Part shown: one piece after another, positions 28,513 to 39,210 of the stretch | Layout: each line of letters opens with the position of its first letter | Numbering within the stretch: the first letter of the stretch is position 1 | DNA from: Clostridia bacterium | GTDB taxonomy: Bacteria; Bacillota; Clostridia; HGM11514 | Direction: 5' to 3' | Length of the DNA: 64,000 bases | Assembly: GCA_045586685.1 (NCBI GenBank) | Contig: JAZNAU010000020.1 | Span: 22,680-86,679 of the forward strand | Notes under the pieces: model-generated | What the model was told of the DNA's origin: nothing | Seen by the model: the letters and a program-made list of their open reading frames with translations, nothing else | Database searches by the model: none | Position numbers and translations under genes: made by a program

Positions 28513-30050
28513 TTCGTCCCACCTCCCACGAGTTTTAGTGCAGCATTGACCGCTTCTGTTACTGCCTTACTGGTTACTGTCGCACCGGAGATGGCACTGA
28601 TTTCATTCTCTGCAGTTACATCTCCCTTGACAACGGTAAAGGCATCTGTTTTCTTATGATTAAATTGAGATTTGAATTCATCCTTTTCTGCATTCATTCC
28701 TAAGCCTGCTGTTTCGTTAAGAGAAAGGAAGGAAATTGCCGTTGTTTCTCCCTCCGGAGTAATTCCCACAACCAAACGGATGTCCCCGCCGTAGCCTTCG
28801 TGAGATGTGACGCAGACCACCGTTCCCAAGACAGTTTCACCCTCCTTTGCTGTCAGCATTTTTTCAAGGGAATAAGCATCCGTTTCTTCTCCCTTAAAAG
28901 AAAGTTCCTCAAAAAAATCCGCCTCAGAAAACACCGTTTTATATGCCTCCTGTGCTTGTTTTTCTTCTTGCAAAGCAATGGGTTCCTTGGTCATTTCATA
29001 AAAATACCCCAATACCAGGCCGGATAAAAGAGTAATACAAGTAAGCACTGCTACAACCTTCACATTTGCCTTTTTGTCCCCTTTATGAGGTGCAGTTGCG
29101 ACCTTTTCCTGTGTTTCTTTTTGTTTTTCATTCTTCTGTTTTACCACACCAAAGGCTCTGGGAACCGTTACCTTTTCAATCAACGGTGTTACCATGTTTC
29201 CAATGATAATGGCAAAAGAAACCCCCTCCGGATTGGCACCGAAAATACGGAACAGTGCAGTAAGAAAACCAATAAGCACACCGTAAATCAGCTTACCCTT
29301 TCCGGTAATGGGACTGGTCACATAATCCGTTGCCATGAAAAAAGCACCCAACAGCAAGCCTCCCGATAATACCTGGGAAAGAAGCCACACACCGTCCCAA
29401 CTTCCCATAAGTCCTGAAAACAGAACAAAAGATAAGATATAAGAAACCGGAATGTTCCAGGAAATAATTCCTTTCAAAAGCAAGTACAGTCCTCCAAGCA
29501 AAATTGCCAATGCAGACACTTCCCCGATGACGCCCGGAGTAGTTCCAAAAAACAAGTCAGACAACAAAACGCTGCCTCCCTCCCGCATTTGTGCCAAAGG
29601 AGTCGCACTGCTCACTCCGTCAGGAGAAAAGCGATTCATCTGTGCCGCAAAAGAAATCAAAAGAAAGCAACGGGCACCTAATGCAGGATTCATAAAGTTT
29701 TGCCCCAAGCCTCCAAACAGTTGTTTTACCATTAAAATCGCAAATATACATCCTAAAAGAGGAATCCAAAGAGGAATCTGGGGAGGCATATTCAAAGCAA
29801 TCAAAAGTCCGGTCAAAGCGGCAGAGCCGTCTTTCACCGTAATTTCCTGCTTCATTCCCTTCTGATATGCCCATTCACAAGCAATCGAGCAAACCATACA
29901 GGCAATCATCAAACAAAGTGCATACCACCCAAACTGATAAATTCCCCAAAGACAAGCGGGAATCAAGGCAATCAAAACATCCGTCATAACAGAACGGGTG
30001 GTTTTTTTGCATCTGATATGAGGGGATGCTGAAACATGATAACTCATCAC
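28509..30050 (-). CDS. rnfDG: Rnf complex subunits D and G fused in one 513-aa ORF (RnfD membrane domain + Lys/Glu linker + TM + FMN-binding RnfG domain)
   Basis: N-terminal ~320 aa RnfD/NqrB-like; residues ~330-360 KQKNEKQKETQEK linker; C-terminal ~190 aa with FMN_bind motif SGATVTSKAVTEAVN; single continuous frame in track. Confidence 0.75.
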   Translation of the reverse strand: MMSYHVSASPHIRCKKTTRSVMTDVLIALIPACLWGIYQFGWYALCLMIACMVCSIACEWAYQKGMKQEITVKDGSAALTGLLIALNMPPQIPLWIPLLGCIFAILMVKQLFGGLGQNFMNPALGARCFLLISFAAQMNRFSPDGVSSATPLAQMREGGSVLLSDLFFGTTPGVIGEVSALAILLGGLYLLLKGIISWNIPVSYILSFVLFSGLMGSWDGVWLLSQVLSGGLLLGAFFMATDYVTSPITGKGKLIYGVLIGFLTALFRIFGANPEGVSFAIIIGNMVTPLIEKVTVPRAFGVVKQKNEKQKETQEKVATAPHKGDKKANVKVVAVLTCITLLSGLVLGYFYEMTKEPIALQEEKQAQEAYKTVFSEADFFEELSFKGEETDAYSLEKMLTAKEGETVLGTVVCVTSHEGYGGDIRLVVGITPEGETTAISFLSLNETAGLGMNAEKDEFKSQFNHKKTDAFTVVKGDVTAENEISAISGATVTSKAVTEAVNAALKLVGGGTK

Positions 30051-31369
30051 TTTTTACCTCCTTGCCGCTTTTTCTGTAAACAGGTCATTCTTCCTGCTGT
30101 AATCAACTGACTCAAGGGACGCTTTGCAGGACAGCTGTAACTGCAACATCCACAGGAAAAACATTCCAATCCGTAAAACCGTTCAAAACTTTCGTAATCA
30201 CGACGCAGTGAAAATTCCGCCAATTTTTGAGGCAATAATCTCTCAGGGCAATGCTGCACACATTGTCCGCATCGGATACAGGCTGTTTCCTTCACAGCCC
30301 CTTCGTCCTTTTCCATTGCAACCAATGCGGTAGCGTTTTTCGTCACAGGAACAGACAAATCGGAAAGAGCAATCCCCATCATAGGGCCGCCGGAAATCAA
30401 CTTTTCTGCCGGTTTTATAAGACCTCCTGCTGCCTCTAACACACGTTTCAAATTTGTACCAAGACGCACCTCAAAATTGCCTGGATTGGCAACTGCATCT
30501 CCCGTTACTGTCACAATTCTTCGCATCAAAGGCGTCGATTCCGCCACAGCTTCGTAAATGGCTACCACCGTATCAATATTATGTACAATACATCCGGCAT
30601 CAATGGGCAGCATAGTGGAATTTAGTTTCCTTCCTGTGGCAGTATAAATCAGCATCCGTTCCGCCCCCTGAGGATACTTTGTTTTTGTCACAAGCAAACC
30701 AATCGACCCATCTTCCGGCAAGTGCTTTTTCAATTCCCCAATGGCTGCAGGCTTGTTATCCTCCACGCAAATGATTCCTTTCGCACAAGGAAACATTTTT
30801 AATAAAAGCAGTAAACCTTCTATTACTTTTTTCGGAGATTCTAACATAATCCGGTAATCTGAAGTCAAGCAAGGTTCACACTCCGACCCATTTACCAAAA
30901 TATATTCCACTTTCTCAGGCTCCTTGACAGAAAGCTTTACATGGGCGGGAAAACAAGCACCGCCCATTCCCACAATACCTGCCTCCTGAATTTGTTGCAG
31001 AATATCTTCTCTTGATAGTGTACTTATCTCTCTTTTTTCACCAAGATGGTCAACAGGAGTGTCCAACCCGTCATTTTCAATAATAACCGACATGCATTTG
31101 GTTCCGTTCACCAAAGTTCTGGGTTCAATCCCCTTTACCTGACCGGAAACAGAGCTAATAATATTGGCAGAAACAAAGCCGTTCGCCTTGCAAAGCACCT
31201 GCCCCATTTTCACCTGCTCCCCTTGTTCTATAATAATTTCAGCCGGTGCACCAATATGCTGACTGACAGGAAACACCAGTTCCTCTCCCGGCTCTACTTT
31301 TGCAATCGGTTTGTTTTTGGTAAAATGTTTTCCGTCAAAGGGATGAATTCCACCACGAAACAGTTTCAC
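30047..31369 (-). CDS. rnfC: Rnf complex subunit C (NADH-binding, 2x 4Fe-4S)
   Basis: 440 aa; RnfC sequence with CIRCGQCVQHCP and CFSCGCCSYSCP clusters. Confidence 0.9.
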   Translation of the reverse strand: MKLFRGGIHPFDGKHFTKNKPIAKVEPGEELVFPVSQHIGAPAEIIIEQGEQVKMGQVLCKANGFVSANIISSVSGQVKGIEPRTLVNGTKCMSVIIENDGLDTPVDHLGEKREISTLSREDILQQIQEAGIVGMGGACFPAHVKLSVKEPEKVEYILVNGSECEPCLTSDYRIMLESPKKVIEGLLLLLKMFPCAKGIICVEDNKPAAIGELKKHLPEDGSIGLLVTKTKYPQGAERMLIYTATGRKLNSTMLPIDAGCIVHNIDTVVAIYEAVAESTPLMRRIVTVTGDAVANPGNFEVRLGTNLKRVLEAAGGLIKPAEKLISGGPMMGIALSDLSVPVTKNATALVAMEKDEGAVKETACIRCGQCVQHCPERLLPQKLAEFSLRRDYESFERFYGLECFSCGCCSYSCPAKRPLSQLITAGRMTCLQKKRQGGKK

Positions 31370-31427
31370 ACCAATTCCTCCTTTTCCAAAAAGAAAAACC
31401 TACGCAAAAAAACGCAGGTTTAACCTA

Positions 31428-32153
31428 TTATATTTCCCAGTTGTGCCAAACATTCTGCACATCGTCATTATCTTCCAGCATATCAATCAGCTTTTCCATG
31501 TGCAGTAAATCTTTTTCATCAGTTAATGTAACATAGTTTTGAGGAACCATTTCCACTTCAGCGCTAACAAAAGAATAACCCTTTTCTTCCAATGCTTCTC
31601 TCACTGCAGAAAAATCCGCAGGAGCTGTCAAAATTTCAAAGCATCCATCTTCAGCAGAAAAATCCTCTGCGCCCGCATCCAGTGCTTCCATCATCAAGGT
31701 TTCTTCATCTACACCATCTTGTTCTTCGATTACGATAACGCCCTTCTGGTCAAACATAAATCCTACACAGCCAGTCTGACCTAAATTACCGCCGAATTTG
31801 TCAAAATAATGTCGAACTTCGCCTGCAGTACGGTTTTTGTTATCTGTCATTACCTCTACAATGACCGCAACCCCTGAAGGACCATAACCCTCATAAGTGA
31901 TTTCCATGTAATCCTCACCGTTGCCTTCTCCGGCTGCTTTCTTAATACTCCTTGCAATGGTGTCATTGGGCATATTGTTCGCTTTTGCCTTTGCAATAAC
32001 ATCCTTTAGCTTAGAGTTGCTTTCCGGATCCGGTCCGCCCATCTTTACCGTAACAGCTATCTCACGGCCTATCTTGGTAAAAATTTTACCTTTTTGGGCG
32101 TCTGATTTCTCCTTCTTGTGCTTTATATTAGACCATTTGGAATGCCCTGACAT
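31428..32153 (-). CDS. yebC: YebC/PmpR family DNA-binding regulator
   Basis: 241 aa; [15 protein letters not shown]-terminus diagnostic of YebC family. Confidence 0.9.
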   Translation of the reverse strand: MSGHSKWSNIKHKKEKSDAQKGKIFTKIGREIAVTVKMGGPDPESNSKLKDVIAKAKANNMPNDTIARSIKKAAGEGNGEDYMEITYEGYGPSGVAVIVEVMTDNKNRTAGEVRHYFDKFGGNLGQTGCVGFMFDQKGVIVIEEQDGVDEETLMMEALDAGAEDFSAEDGCFEILTAPADFSAVREALEEKGYSFVSAEVEMVPQNYVTLTDEKDLLHMEKLIDMLEDNDDVQNVWHNWEI

Positions 32154-32248
32154 GAAACTATCCTCTCCATTTCATCATAAAACAATTTTAACATTAGTAT
32201 TATAACATAAATCTCTCATTTTGTCAAGAAAATATCCCCTCTCTTTTG

Positions 32249-35200
32249 TTAAATGCGAAAATATTCTCCCGTTTTTATGAAATAAAGAATGGTTTTTATC
32301 GGTTTTTTTCCGTATATCTGTTCAACCGCCAAAGAGTATAAATACAACTGCATTTCATAGCGTTTTTTAGCGCGTTCAAAATCGGTATCGGAATCCGTCT
32401 TATAATCCAGCAGATAAAATTCTCCGTCTTTTTCCACCAGACAGTCAATCATTCCCTGAATCAGCAGTGTTTCCTCGCCCGCCTCAGAAAACAATTCTTT
32501 TGCAGGAAAAGGGAACAGGAATCGTTTTTCCCGCTCAATGCGGTCTGCCTTACAAATCAAATCATAAAGAGGCGTTTGACTGAATTTCATAAGTAGGGAT
32601 ACATCAATGATGTTTCTATCTTCTTGGGTCATTTTTCCACTGACAACAAAGGAATCAAGTTGCTCTGTCATTTTTTCTTTGTCGTTCAATGATTTCAAAT
32701 CCAAATACTGCAACGCCAGATGATATACAGTTCCCCGTTCCGTGGCAGTAAGGCGTTCCTCCCGCATAAATGCGGGGCGCTTGGGCAATGGACTTTCTGC
32801 AATTTCCTTTGGGTAATAAACCCACCCCTCCTCTGTTGCTTCGCTTGTGTACCGTCGTTTCAATTCACTGACCGAAAGCTTTGCAGGAATCCGACAGAGG
32901 GCATTATAAGGATATGTAAAGTCAAGGGCAGAGAAATCAGTGATTTCGCATACTGTCTCCGTTTCCGATTGTTGACTCTCAGGGCTTTCCTCTATTCCTT
33001 CCTTCCAATGCAATTCAAAAGAAAATCCGGGATTTTCATCAAAGGGCAAACCGCTATCACGAAGGAATTTTGCGGAAGGATGAAACATAAATGCCCCTAA
33101 TAACCATTCCAGCCAACTTTTTCCGTTTTGGGCAATTATAGATTCAAAGCCTGTTCCCTGAATCTGACTGCGAACTCCATTTAAGGTGCTCTCTAGCCCA
33201 TTATCGCTCCCAATCATAATAAGTTTCTGTTTTGCTCGGGTCATGGCAACATACAAAAGACGCAGTTCCTCTGCCTTAATATCTTGTTTTTTCTTTTGTT
33301 TAATTGCCTTTTTGACAAAGGTTTCAAAAATAATATGTTTTTGGGTATCAACACAGTCAGAGCCAAATCCCAGTTGTTCATCGGCAAGCAAGCGGTTTTT
33401 GTTAATATCCTGAAAATTAAACTGTTTTCCGCAATCGCAGATAAATACCACATTTGCTTCCAACCCCTTACTTTTATGGGCACTCATAATGCTGACTGCA
33501 TTGTCTCTGGTGGATACATCAGACATATCCACACCTCGTTCTGTCTGTTCCATCTGTCGTTGTAAATAGGTGATAAAATGGAACAACCCCCTATAAGAGG
33601 TTCTTTCAAAAGAGCCTGCCCATTTGGTCAGGAGAAGTAATCTGTTTTTCCGAAGTTCTCCGTCCGGTTTCTGGCTATAATAAACCAGTAATCCTGTTTC
33701 TTCATAAATCCCTTCAATTAACTTTCTGACACGCAAATTTTCTGCATCCGTCCGCCAACGGTTTAAGGTTTCCAAAAACGACGTTGCACGTCGGTCTTGC
33801 GATGCAAGCAAACAATCATAATAATCTCCGTCTCGTTTCTGTAAGCGTAATTGGGTTAAAAAGTCATCGTCAAAACCAAATAGAGGAGAACGAAGGACCG
33901 CCAAAAGGGGAATGTCCTGTCTTGGATTGTCAATAATCTGCAAGAGAGAAATGGCAAGTTTTACCTCAAATGATTCAAAAAAGGAAGAACCTTTACCCAA
34001 CTCATAGGGAATATCATACCGCTTCAACATATCCGTATAATATTCCGTCCGTCCTTTCAGAGAACGAAGTATAATCATAAAATCCCCATAATGACAAGGA
34101 CGCATCTCCCCGCTTTTACTGTCATAAATCAATTCACCCTCCAAAACCATTTTCCTGATACGGCGGACACAGATTTCTGCTTCACGCTGATAGTAGGTTT
34201 CATCTTCCTCGGTATCTTTTCGCTCCAGCACATATAATTCAGCGGAAGTGTTTTCGCCGGGGTATCCGCCACCAAAATACAAAGCCTCCTCTGCAGTATA
34301 ATTCAAACCCCCGCATTCCTTGCACATCAGACGGGAAAAAACAAAATTGCAACAAGCCAAAACAGACTGGTTACTTCTGAAATTTTTTGACAGTAACAAT
34401 CGTCTGGTATCCTCTCCGTCCGTCTTACTGTATTGCTGATACTTTTCCAAAAACAATACAGGCTTGGAATTTCGGAACCCGTAAATGCTCTGTTTGATAT
34501 CTCCTACCATAAAACGTTTCTTTTCGCCTGCAGTTAAAGAAAATATCATTTCCTGCACATCGTTGGTATCCTGATATTCGTCAATCAAAACTTCTTCATA
34601 CTCTTTTCTCAGTTGCAATGCAACAGAAGAAGGAACCAACTCTCCCTCAGCCGTTCGTTCAGACAAAATGCCGATACTGTAATGCTCCAAATCACTAAAA
34701 TCCGCCAATGAACGTTGTAATTTCTTTTTCAGATAGCAATCCTCAAACAATTCAATGACTTCTGCTAAAAATGAAATCTGTTTCTCTACCGGCATTAAAT
34801 CACAAAAGCACGCTTCCTCCGATTGAAAAAAAACATTTTTTTGCAAATCCCAAACTGCTGATTTGATTTTTTCACGAATCTTTTTAAAGCGGTCGGCAAG
34901 CTCTTTATTCCCTCCTCTTGCCATTCTGGATATATCACAAAAAGTGATTTCCTTCAGTGCAGTTACGATTTGGTCCCAACTTGCCGTTTCTATCTTCTTT
35001 TTCAAATTCAGCAAAAGGACAATATCCTCTGAAAATGTAGTGATATATCCCTTTAAACCATTTCCTTCATCCAACTGCTCCAACTGTTTTTTTGCATTTT
35101 CCGCAAGAGAAAGAGTTTGCTCCAGTTGTTCACGGGCATACTTTATCAAAAAGTTCCCCCAGCGAGTCTCTGAAATTGGTTGTTCCGGAAATCGAATAAC

Positions 35201-35791
35201 GTTTCTCATCCAATTACGGTAAAAAGGCATGGAACGAAGAAACTCATACAGATTCAGAATCAGACTCATCAAGGGCTTGTCATCTCTTTCACCGTACCAT
35301 TCTACCAATTCAGACATTTTCTCTCCCTGTTGTTCATATAAAAGTCCAAAAGCCTCCTCCAATGCATCTTGTTTCAGCATTTCTGTTTCTGCCGGCTCTG
35401 ATAACTTAAAATCATAAGGCAGCTCCGTTTTTTGAAAATGACGCTTAATCAGATTCATACAAAAAGAATGCATGGTGGTAATTTCCGCATTGCCAAGCAA
35501 CGCCAACTGACGTCTCAACCCGTCATTATGAGGATTTTTTTCAATCCCCTCTACAATGGCAGCACCGATTTTTTGCTTCATTTGTTTTGCCGCTGCATTG
35601 GTAAAGGTCACCACAAGCAACCGGTCCACATCCACCGGATGTTCGGGGTCTGTAATCATCCGAATGACTCGTTCTACCAAAACTGCCGTCTTGCCCGAAC
35701 CGGCCGCAGCGGACACAAGGGTGTCGGTATGACGGATAGAAATTGCTTCCATCTGTTCTCTGGTCCATTTCATATCAGCCATTTTCTTCAA
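32249..35791 (-). CDS. addA: ATP-dependent helicase/nuclease AddA
   Basis: 1180 aa; UvrD-like helicase N-term (AAGSGKT Walker A), C-terminal PD-(D/E)xK nuclease (DCLVEKDGEFYLLDYKT). Confidence 0.9.
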   Translation of the reverse strand: MKKMADMKWTREQMEAISIRHTDTLVSAAAGSGKTAVLVERVIRMITDPEHPVDVDRLLVVTFTNAAAKQMKQKIGAAIVEGIEKNPHNDGLRRQLALLGNAEITTMHSFCMNLIKRHFQKTELPYDFKLSEPAETEMLKQDALEEAFGLLYEQQGEKMSELVEWYGERDDKPLMSLILNLYEFLRSMPFYRNWMRNVIRFPEQPISETRWGNFLIKYAREQLEQTLSLAENAKKQLEQLDEGNGLKGYITTFSEDIVLLLNLKKKIETASWDQIVTALKEITFCDISRMARGGNKELADRFKKIREKIKSAVWDLQKNVFFQSEEACFCDLMPVEKQISFLAEVIELFEDCYLKKKLQRSLADFSDLEHYSIGILSERTAEGELVPSSVALQLRKEYEEVLIDEYQDTNDVQEMIFSLTAGEKKRFMVGDIKQSIYGFRNSKPVLFLEKYQQYSKTDGEDTRRLLLSKNFRSNQSVLACCNFVFSRLMCKECGGLNYTAEEALYFGGGYPGENTSAELYVLERKDTEEDETYYQREAEICVRRIRKMVLEGELIYDSKSGEMRPCHYGDFMIILRSLKGRTEYYTDMLKRYDIPYELGKGSSFFESFEVKLAISLLQIIDNPRQDIPLLAVLRSPLFGFDDDFLTQLRLQKRDGDYYDCLLASQDRRATSFLETLNRWRTDAENLRVRKLIEGIYEETGLLVYYSQKPDGELRKNRLLLLTKWAGSFERTSYRGLFHFITYLQRQMEQTERGVDMSDVSTRDNAVSIMSAHKSKGLEANVVFICDCGKQFNFQDINKNRLLADEQLGFGSDCVDTQKHIIFETFVKKAIKQKKKQDIKAEELRLLYVAMTRAKQKLIMIGSDNGLESTLNGVRSQIQGTGFESIIAQNGKSWLEWLLGAFMFHPSAKFLRDSGLPFDENPGFSFELHWKEGIEESPESQQSETETVCEITDFSALDFTYPYNALCRIPAKLSVSELKRRYTSEATEEGWVYYPKEIAESPLPKRPAFMREERLTATERGTVYHLALQYLDLKSLNDKEKMTEQLDSFVVSGKMTQEDRNIIDVSLLMKFSQTPLYDLICKADRIEREKRFLFPFPAKELFSEAGEETLLIQGMIDCLVEKDGEFYLLDYKTDSDTDFERAKKRYEMQLYLYSLAVEQIYGKKPIKTILYFIKTGEYFRI

Positions 35792-38700
35792 CCTCCATCC
35801 GTTTCATAATTTCTTCCTTCGGCAAATCAACAAAGCTACGGCATTTACCCGTCTTTCCTTCAAAGCCGCATACAGAAGAATAAGGGCAATAGGTACAGGA
35901 AAACTCCCGTTTTGTTTTCGCAGGAAAGACATCTGCACGTCCCTTTTTTATTTCAGCGGATAGCCGTCTTAAACAGGATTTTACCTGTTTTCTCAACAAT
36001 TCAAATTCATGTGCCGTCGCCACATTTCCTCCATACCCGCCTTTTTTTAAAATACGAGCAGGGATCAGGTCGGAACCGCCCTCGCAGTTTTCGTCCATGG
36101 CAAGCATGACTGCACTGTCTGCAAGAACAATCCCCTTCATTTTATAATTTTTCTGCAATTCCTTTAACAATTCGGTTCCGTCCAGCGTTGTTTCCGTTCT
36201 GGCGTAAGGGTCTTTGACAGAAAAATAGAATACACCCGCCGGCTTTTCCTCTTTACACATAGCATCAAGATAAGTAATCAATTGCAGATTCAATCCGTAA
36301 TACACATCATTTAAGTAAAAATCCTTTTCCCCTGATTTGTAATCAATAATTCGAATCCAAGAGCCGTCGGGAGTCCGATACACATCCGCACGGTCCACCT
36401 TTCCCGTTAATGTAACCGGTTTTCCGTCAGCCGTATATAAAGTAACAGGAGGCAAGTCCCCTTTGTCACTAAATTCCAACTCATAACCCAAGGGACGGAA
36501 CAAGCCGTTTTTAAAATGCAAACTAATGACATAAATTTTCTTTGAAAGCAAACGCTTTAATCTTGCTGTCAGATACACATATCTGGGAGAGCTTACCAGC
36601 AGTCCTCCAAACCATTGAGGAAGGGATTCATCCACAATTCTGTCCACCAGCCAAGTACACTCTTCCTGTGTTATGGTTTGCCAATCCAAAGATGATGATT
36701 CATCAATCAATCGGGCACTTTTTTCTAAAATATCATGCAAAAAACTACCCGTGTCAGGTGCCCCTAAACGATATTGGCGCCGCTCCTTTGCCCTTAAATG
36801 ATAAGTTGCATGAAAAGAAAAGGGACATTTATGAAATCGCTCCAAACGGGACACGCTTACGTTCAACCCCTTCTGATACAAAGCATTCACCGTTTCAGAA
36901 GATAAGGTAACTTGTTGTAGGTCTCCCGTCCGATTCAGCATTGAAAGTTTGTCTGTCCACTCAGGATGGTCAGCAAACCATTGCTTTGCATGACGATACC
37001 ATTGCGGATGCTCTGCCATTTTAGAAAAGGTATAACCGGGTGCACTGACCAAAGGAAGATTGGTCACAGCCGTCAGTTTTGGAAATAATTCATAAATACG
37101 GCTCACGATTTGCGAGGCGGTTTTTGCCGTCTGGTCCATGTCACTTTTGCGATAACTGAAGATAAGTTTTTCCTGTGCCAGAGAAATCACCTTATAAATA
37201 ATTTCCTGTTCCATATACGCAGCCTTTTGCCGACTTGTTGCCGTTTCCAGTCCGAAGGCTTCCAGAACATCCCGTTCTGTACCGTCTAACAGACCGTTTC
37301 GTTCTCCGTTTGCAGGAAATTCTCCTTCATTGACGCCCATTACAAACAGGCACCGCACTCCGTCTCCCACAAAACGGTCTGCCGAGCTTATGGTGACACT
37401 GTCAAGACTTTGAGGAACAGAGCCAACCGCAGAGGCGCTAAAGCCCTCTTCCACCAATTCCATAAATTTAAAAAAGCTTCCCTTATCCTCCCCTGCCAGT
37501 AAAACTACCTGATCCAGTACATGAAGCAAAACATTCCACAGCTGACGGTATTCTTCGCTTAACCGTTGCTCTCCCTTTTGTCGAAACTGCTCCATTTTTT
37601 TCATCAGCTTATCGTATATTTCAAGGGATTCCAAGAACAAAAACAAGGTTTGTGCCTGTTCTAAATACGCTCTGCTCCCTTTTACCTTTTCCCAAAGATT
37701 TTTCAAAGGAGTAACCAACAAATTACGGGCCGTTTCAACTTCTTCCCTGTCAAATTCGCAATGCTCATCTAAAAAAACACGATTCAGCTTGTCCGTCCAT
37801 TTTTCATCCTCCGTCCAGACATTACCGAACACCCCATAGGCAAGAGAAAAATTTTCCAGCATATCCCCTTGTTCCTTAGATAAGGGGCTGAAATAAGATT
37901 TGACATAATGAAATACCGATTCATAATTCCAATTATGCTCAAAGATATCCCCAAAGGACATCAAAAACGTCACTAATGGATGACTGACCACCGGCTCTTT
38001 CCGGTCGGTAAAATACGGAATGTCAAACATCCCAAATACTTGCTCCAATACATCCTCATATCCGGAAAGATTTCTTGCTACAACCCCAAAATCACGGTAT
38101 CGCATTCCTTCTTCACGACAAAGTCTGACAATTTCTGCCCCAACCATTTCCGCCTCTACGTATGGATTGTCAGCAACAAACAACTGTACTTGTTTGGGCT
38201 CATTTTCCCATCGACCGCTCGGGTATGTAAAATACTGCTCTCTTAAAAATTGCAATTCAGAAGGTTTTGTTTCTCCCTGCACAAAGACAAATTTGGGATC
38301 CATAGCTGAAAACGTATCAATATTCCGAATGGTTGACCGAAAACAAAGCTTTGTTTCTTCCGTTCGTGAAAACTCCTCCGTTACCAGACCGATAGAAACT
38401 TCCTTGCACAATCCGTTCAGAACAGTAATCAGTTTTCTTTCCTGAACAGTAAACCCGCTGAAATAATATAAAATCAAAGTGGCGTCTGACAATTCTGCTT
38501 GTTCTGGCTGTTCGGTTAAAAGCCGCGTAAAACGAGTCAGGTCATCATCTGCATCCCTCCCCGCTTTTTCGCAAAGCTGTGTAAACGTTTGATATACCAA
38601 CGCCATATCGGCTAATTTTTCCTGTAAATAGGGATGCTCCTCCAACTCCTTCTTTTTCTCTAACAAGGTTTCGGGGAAAATTTCGGAATGTTTCAATTCC

Positions 38701-39047
38701 GCTACGGTTTTACACATGGTATCCGCAAACCCCTTTTTCTCAATACTGGTTTTGTACACTGTAAGCTTGGAGAAACATTTCTGTAACGCCTGCTCCATTA
38801 AAATCAACTTGGCAGAACCACCAATATATTCACCGCTGTTCCCTGTCCGTTCAAAAATTTCTTGAGCAAAACGGTGGAAACTGGTAACGTTGGTTCCGTA
38901 TTTTTGCAAATCAAGAAAAGAAGTTTCTCCCGAAAGGGAAAATTGCTCAGGAACAATCAAAAAGGTACGGCTGTTTTGCATCGCAAGATGACGGCAATGC
39001 TGTTGCAACGCCTCCCTGTCAGTTCCGTAAAAAAAACACAAACCCAT
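35775..39047 (-). CDS. addB: ATP-dependent helicase/nuclease AddB (inactive helicase, Fe-S nuclease domain)
   Basis: 1090 aa; C-terminal Cys cluster (CTYCPYSSVC) and RecB-like nuclease motifs; overlaps addA start. Confidence 0.85.
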   Translation of the reverse strand: MGLCFFYGTDREALQQHCRHLAMQNSRTFLIVPEQFSLSGETSFLDLQKYGTNVTSFHRFAQEIFERTGNSGEYIGGSAKLILMEQALQKCFSKLTVYKTSIEKKGFADTMCKTVAELKHSEIFPETLLEKKKELEEHPYLQEKLADMALVYQTFTQLCEKAGRDADDDLTRFTRLLTEQPEQAELSDATLILYYFSGFTVQERKLITVLNGLCKEVSIGLVTEEFSRTEETKLCFRSTIRNIDTFSAMDPKFVFVQGETKPSELQFLREQYFTYPSGRWENEPKQVQLFVADNPYVEAEMVGAEIVRLCREEGMRYRDFGVVARNLSGYEDVLEQVFGMFDIPYFTDRKEPVVSHPLVTFLMSFGDIFEHNWNYESVFHYVKSYFSPLSKEQGDMLENFSLAYGVFGNVWTEDEKWTDKLNRVFLDEHCEFDREEVETARNLLVTPLKNLWEKVKGSRAYLEQAQTLFLFLESLEIYDKLMKKMEQFRQKGEQRLSEEYRQLWNVLLHVLDQVVLLAGEDKGSFFKFMELVEEGFSASAVGSVPQSLDSVTISSADRFVGDGVRCLFVMGVNEGEFPANGERNGLLDGTERDVLEAFGLETATSRQKAAYMEQEIIYKVISLAQEKLIFSYRKSDMDQTAKTASQIVSRIYELFPKLTAVTNLPLVSAPGYTFSKMAEHPQWYRHAKQWFADHPEWTDKLSMLNRTGDLQQVTLSSETVNALYQKGLNVSVSRLERFHKCPFSFHATYHLRAKERRQYRLGAPDTGSFLHDILEKSARLIDESSSLDWQTITQEECTWLVDRIVDESLPQWFGGLLVSSPRYVYLTARLKRLLSKKIYVISLHFKNGLFRPLGYELEFSDKGDLPPVTLYTADGKPVTLTGKVDRADVYRTPDGSWIRIIDYKSGEKDFYLNDVYYGLNLQLITYLDAMCKEEKPAGVFYFSVKDPYARTETTLDGTELLKELQKNYKMKGIVLADSAVMLAMDENCEGGSDLIPARILKKGGYGGNVATAHEFELLRKQVKSCLRRLSAEIKKGRADVFPAKTKREFSCTYCPYSSVCGFEGKTGKCRSFVDLPKEEIMKRMEVEENG

Positions 39048-39210
39048 TTCGTTCTCTCCTTTTCAAATATTTCCCCATTCCTTCTTTTTATTATATCACT
39101 TCTTTTATTAAATGACAATAAAAATTTACAGTTCATAAGCACCACCTCTCTCATCTTGACAAAATGTAAAAATTATGATACGCTTAATAAAAATATGCAG
39201 GAGGTTTTCT

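Noticed and set aside
28509-30050. Treating the rnfD-rnfG fusion as a sequencing frameshift/pseudogene
   Set aside because: The track shows one uninterrupted 513-aa frame with a plausible charged linker between domains. I kept it as a genuine fusion but flagged it for read-level verification.
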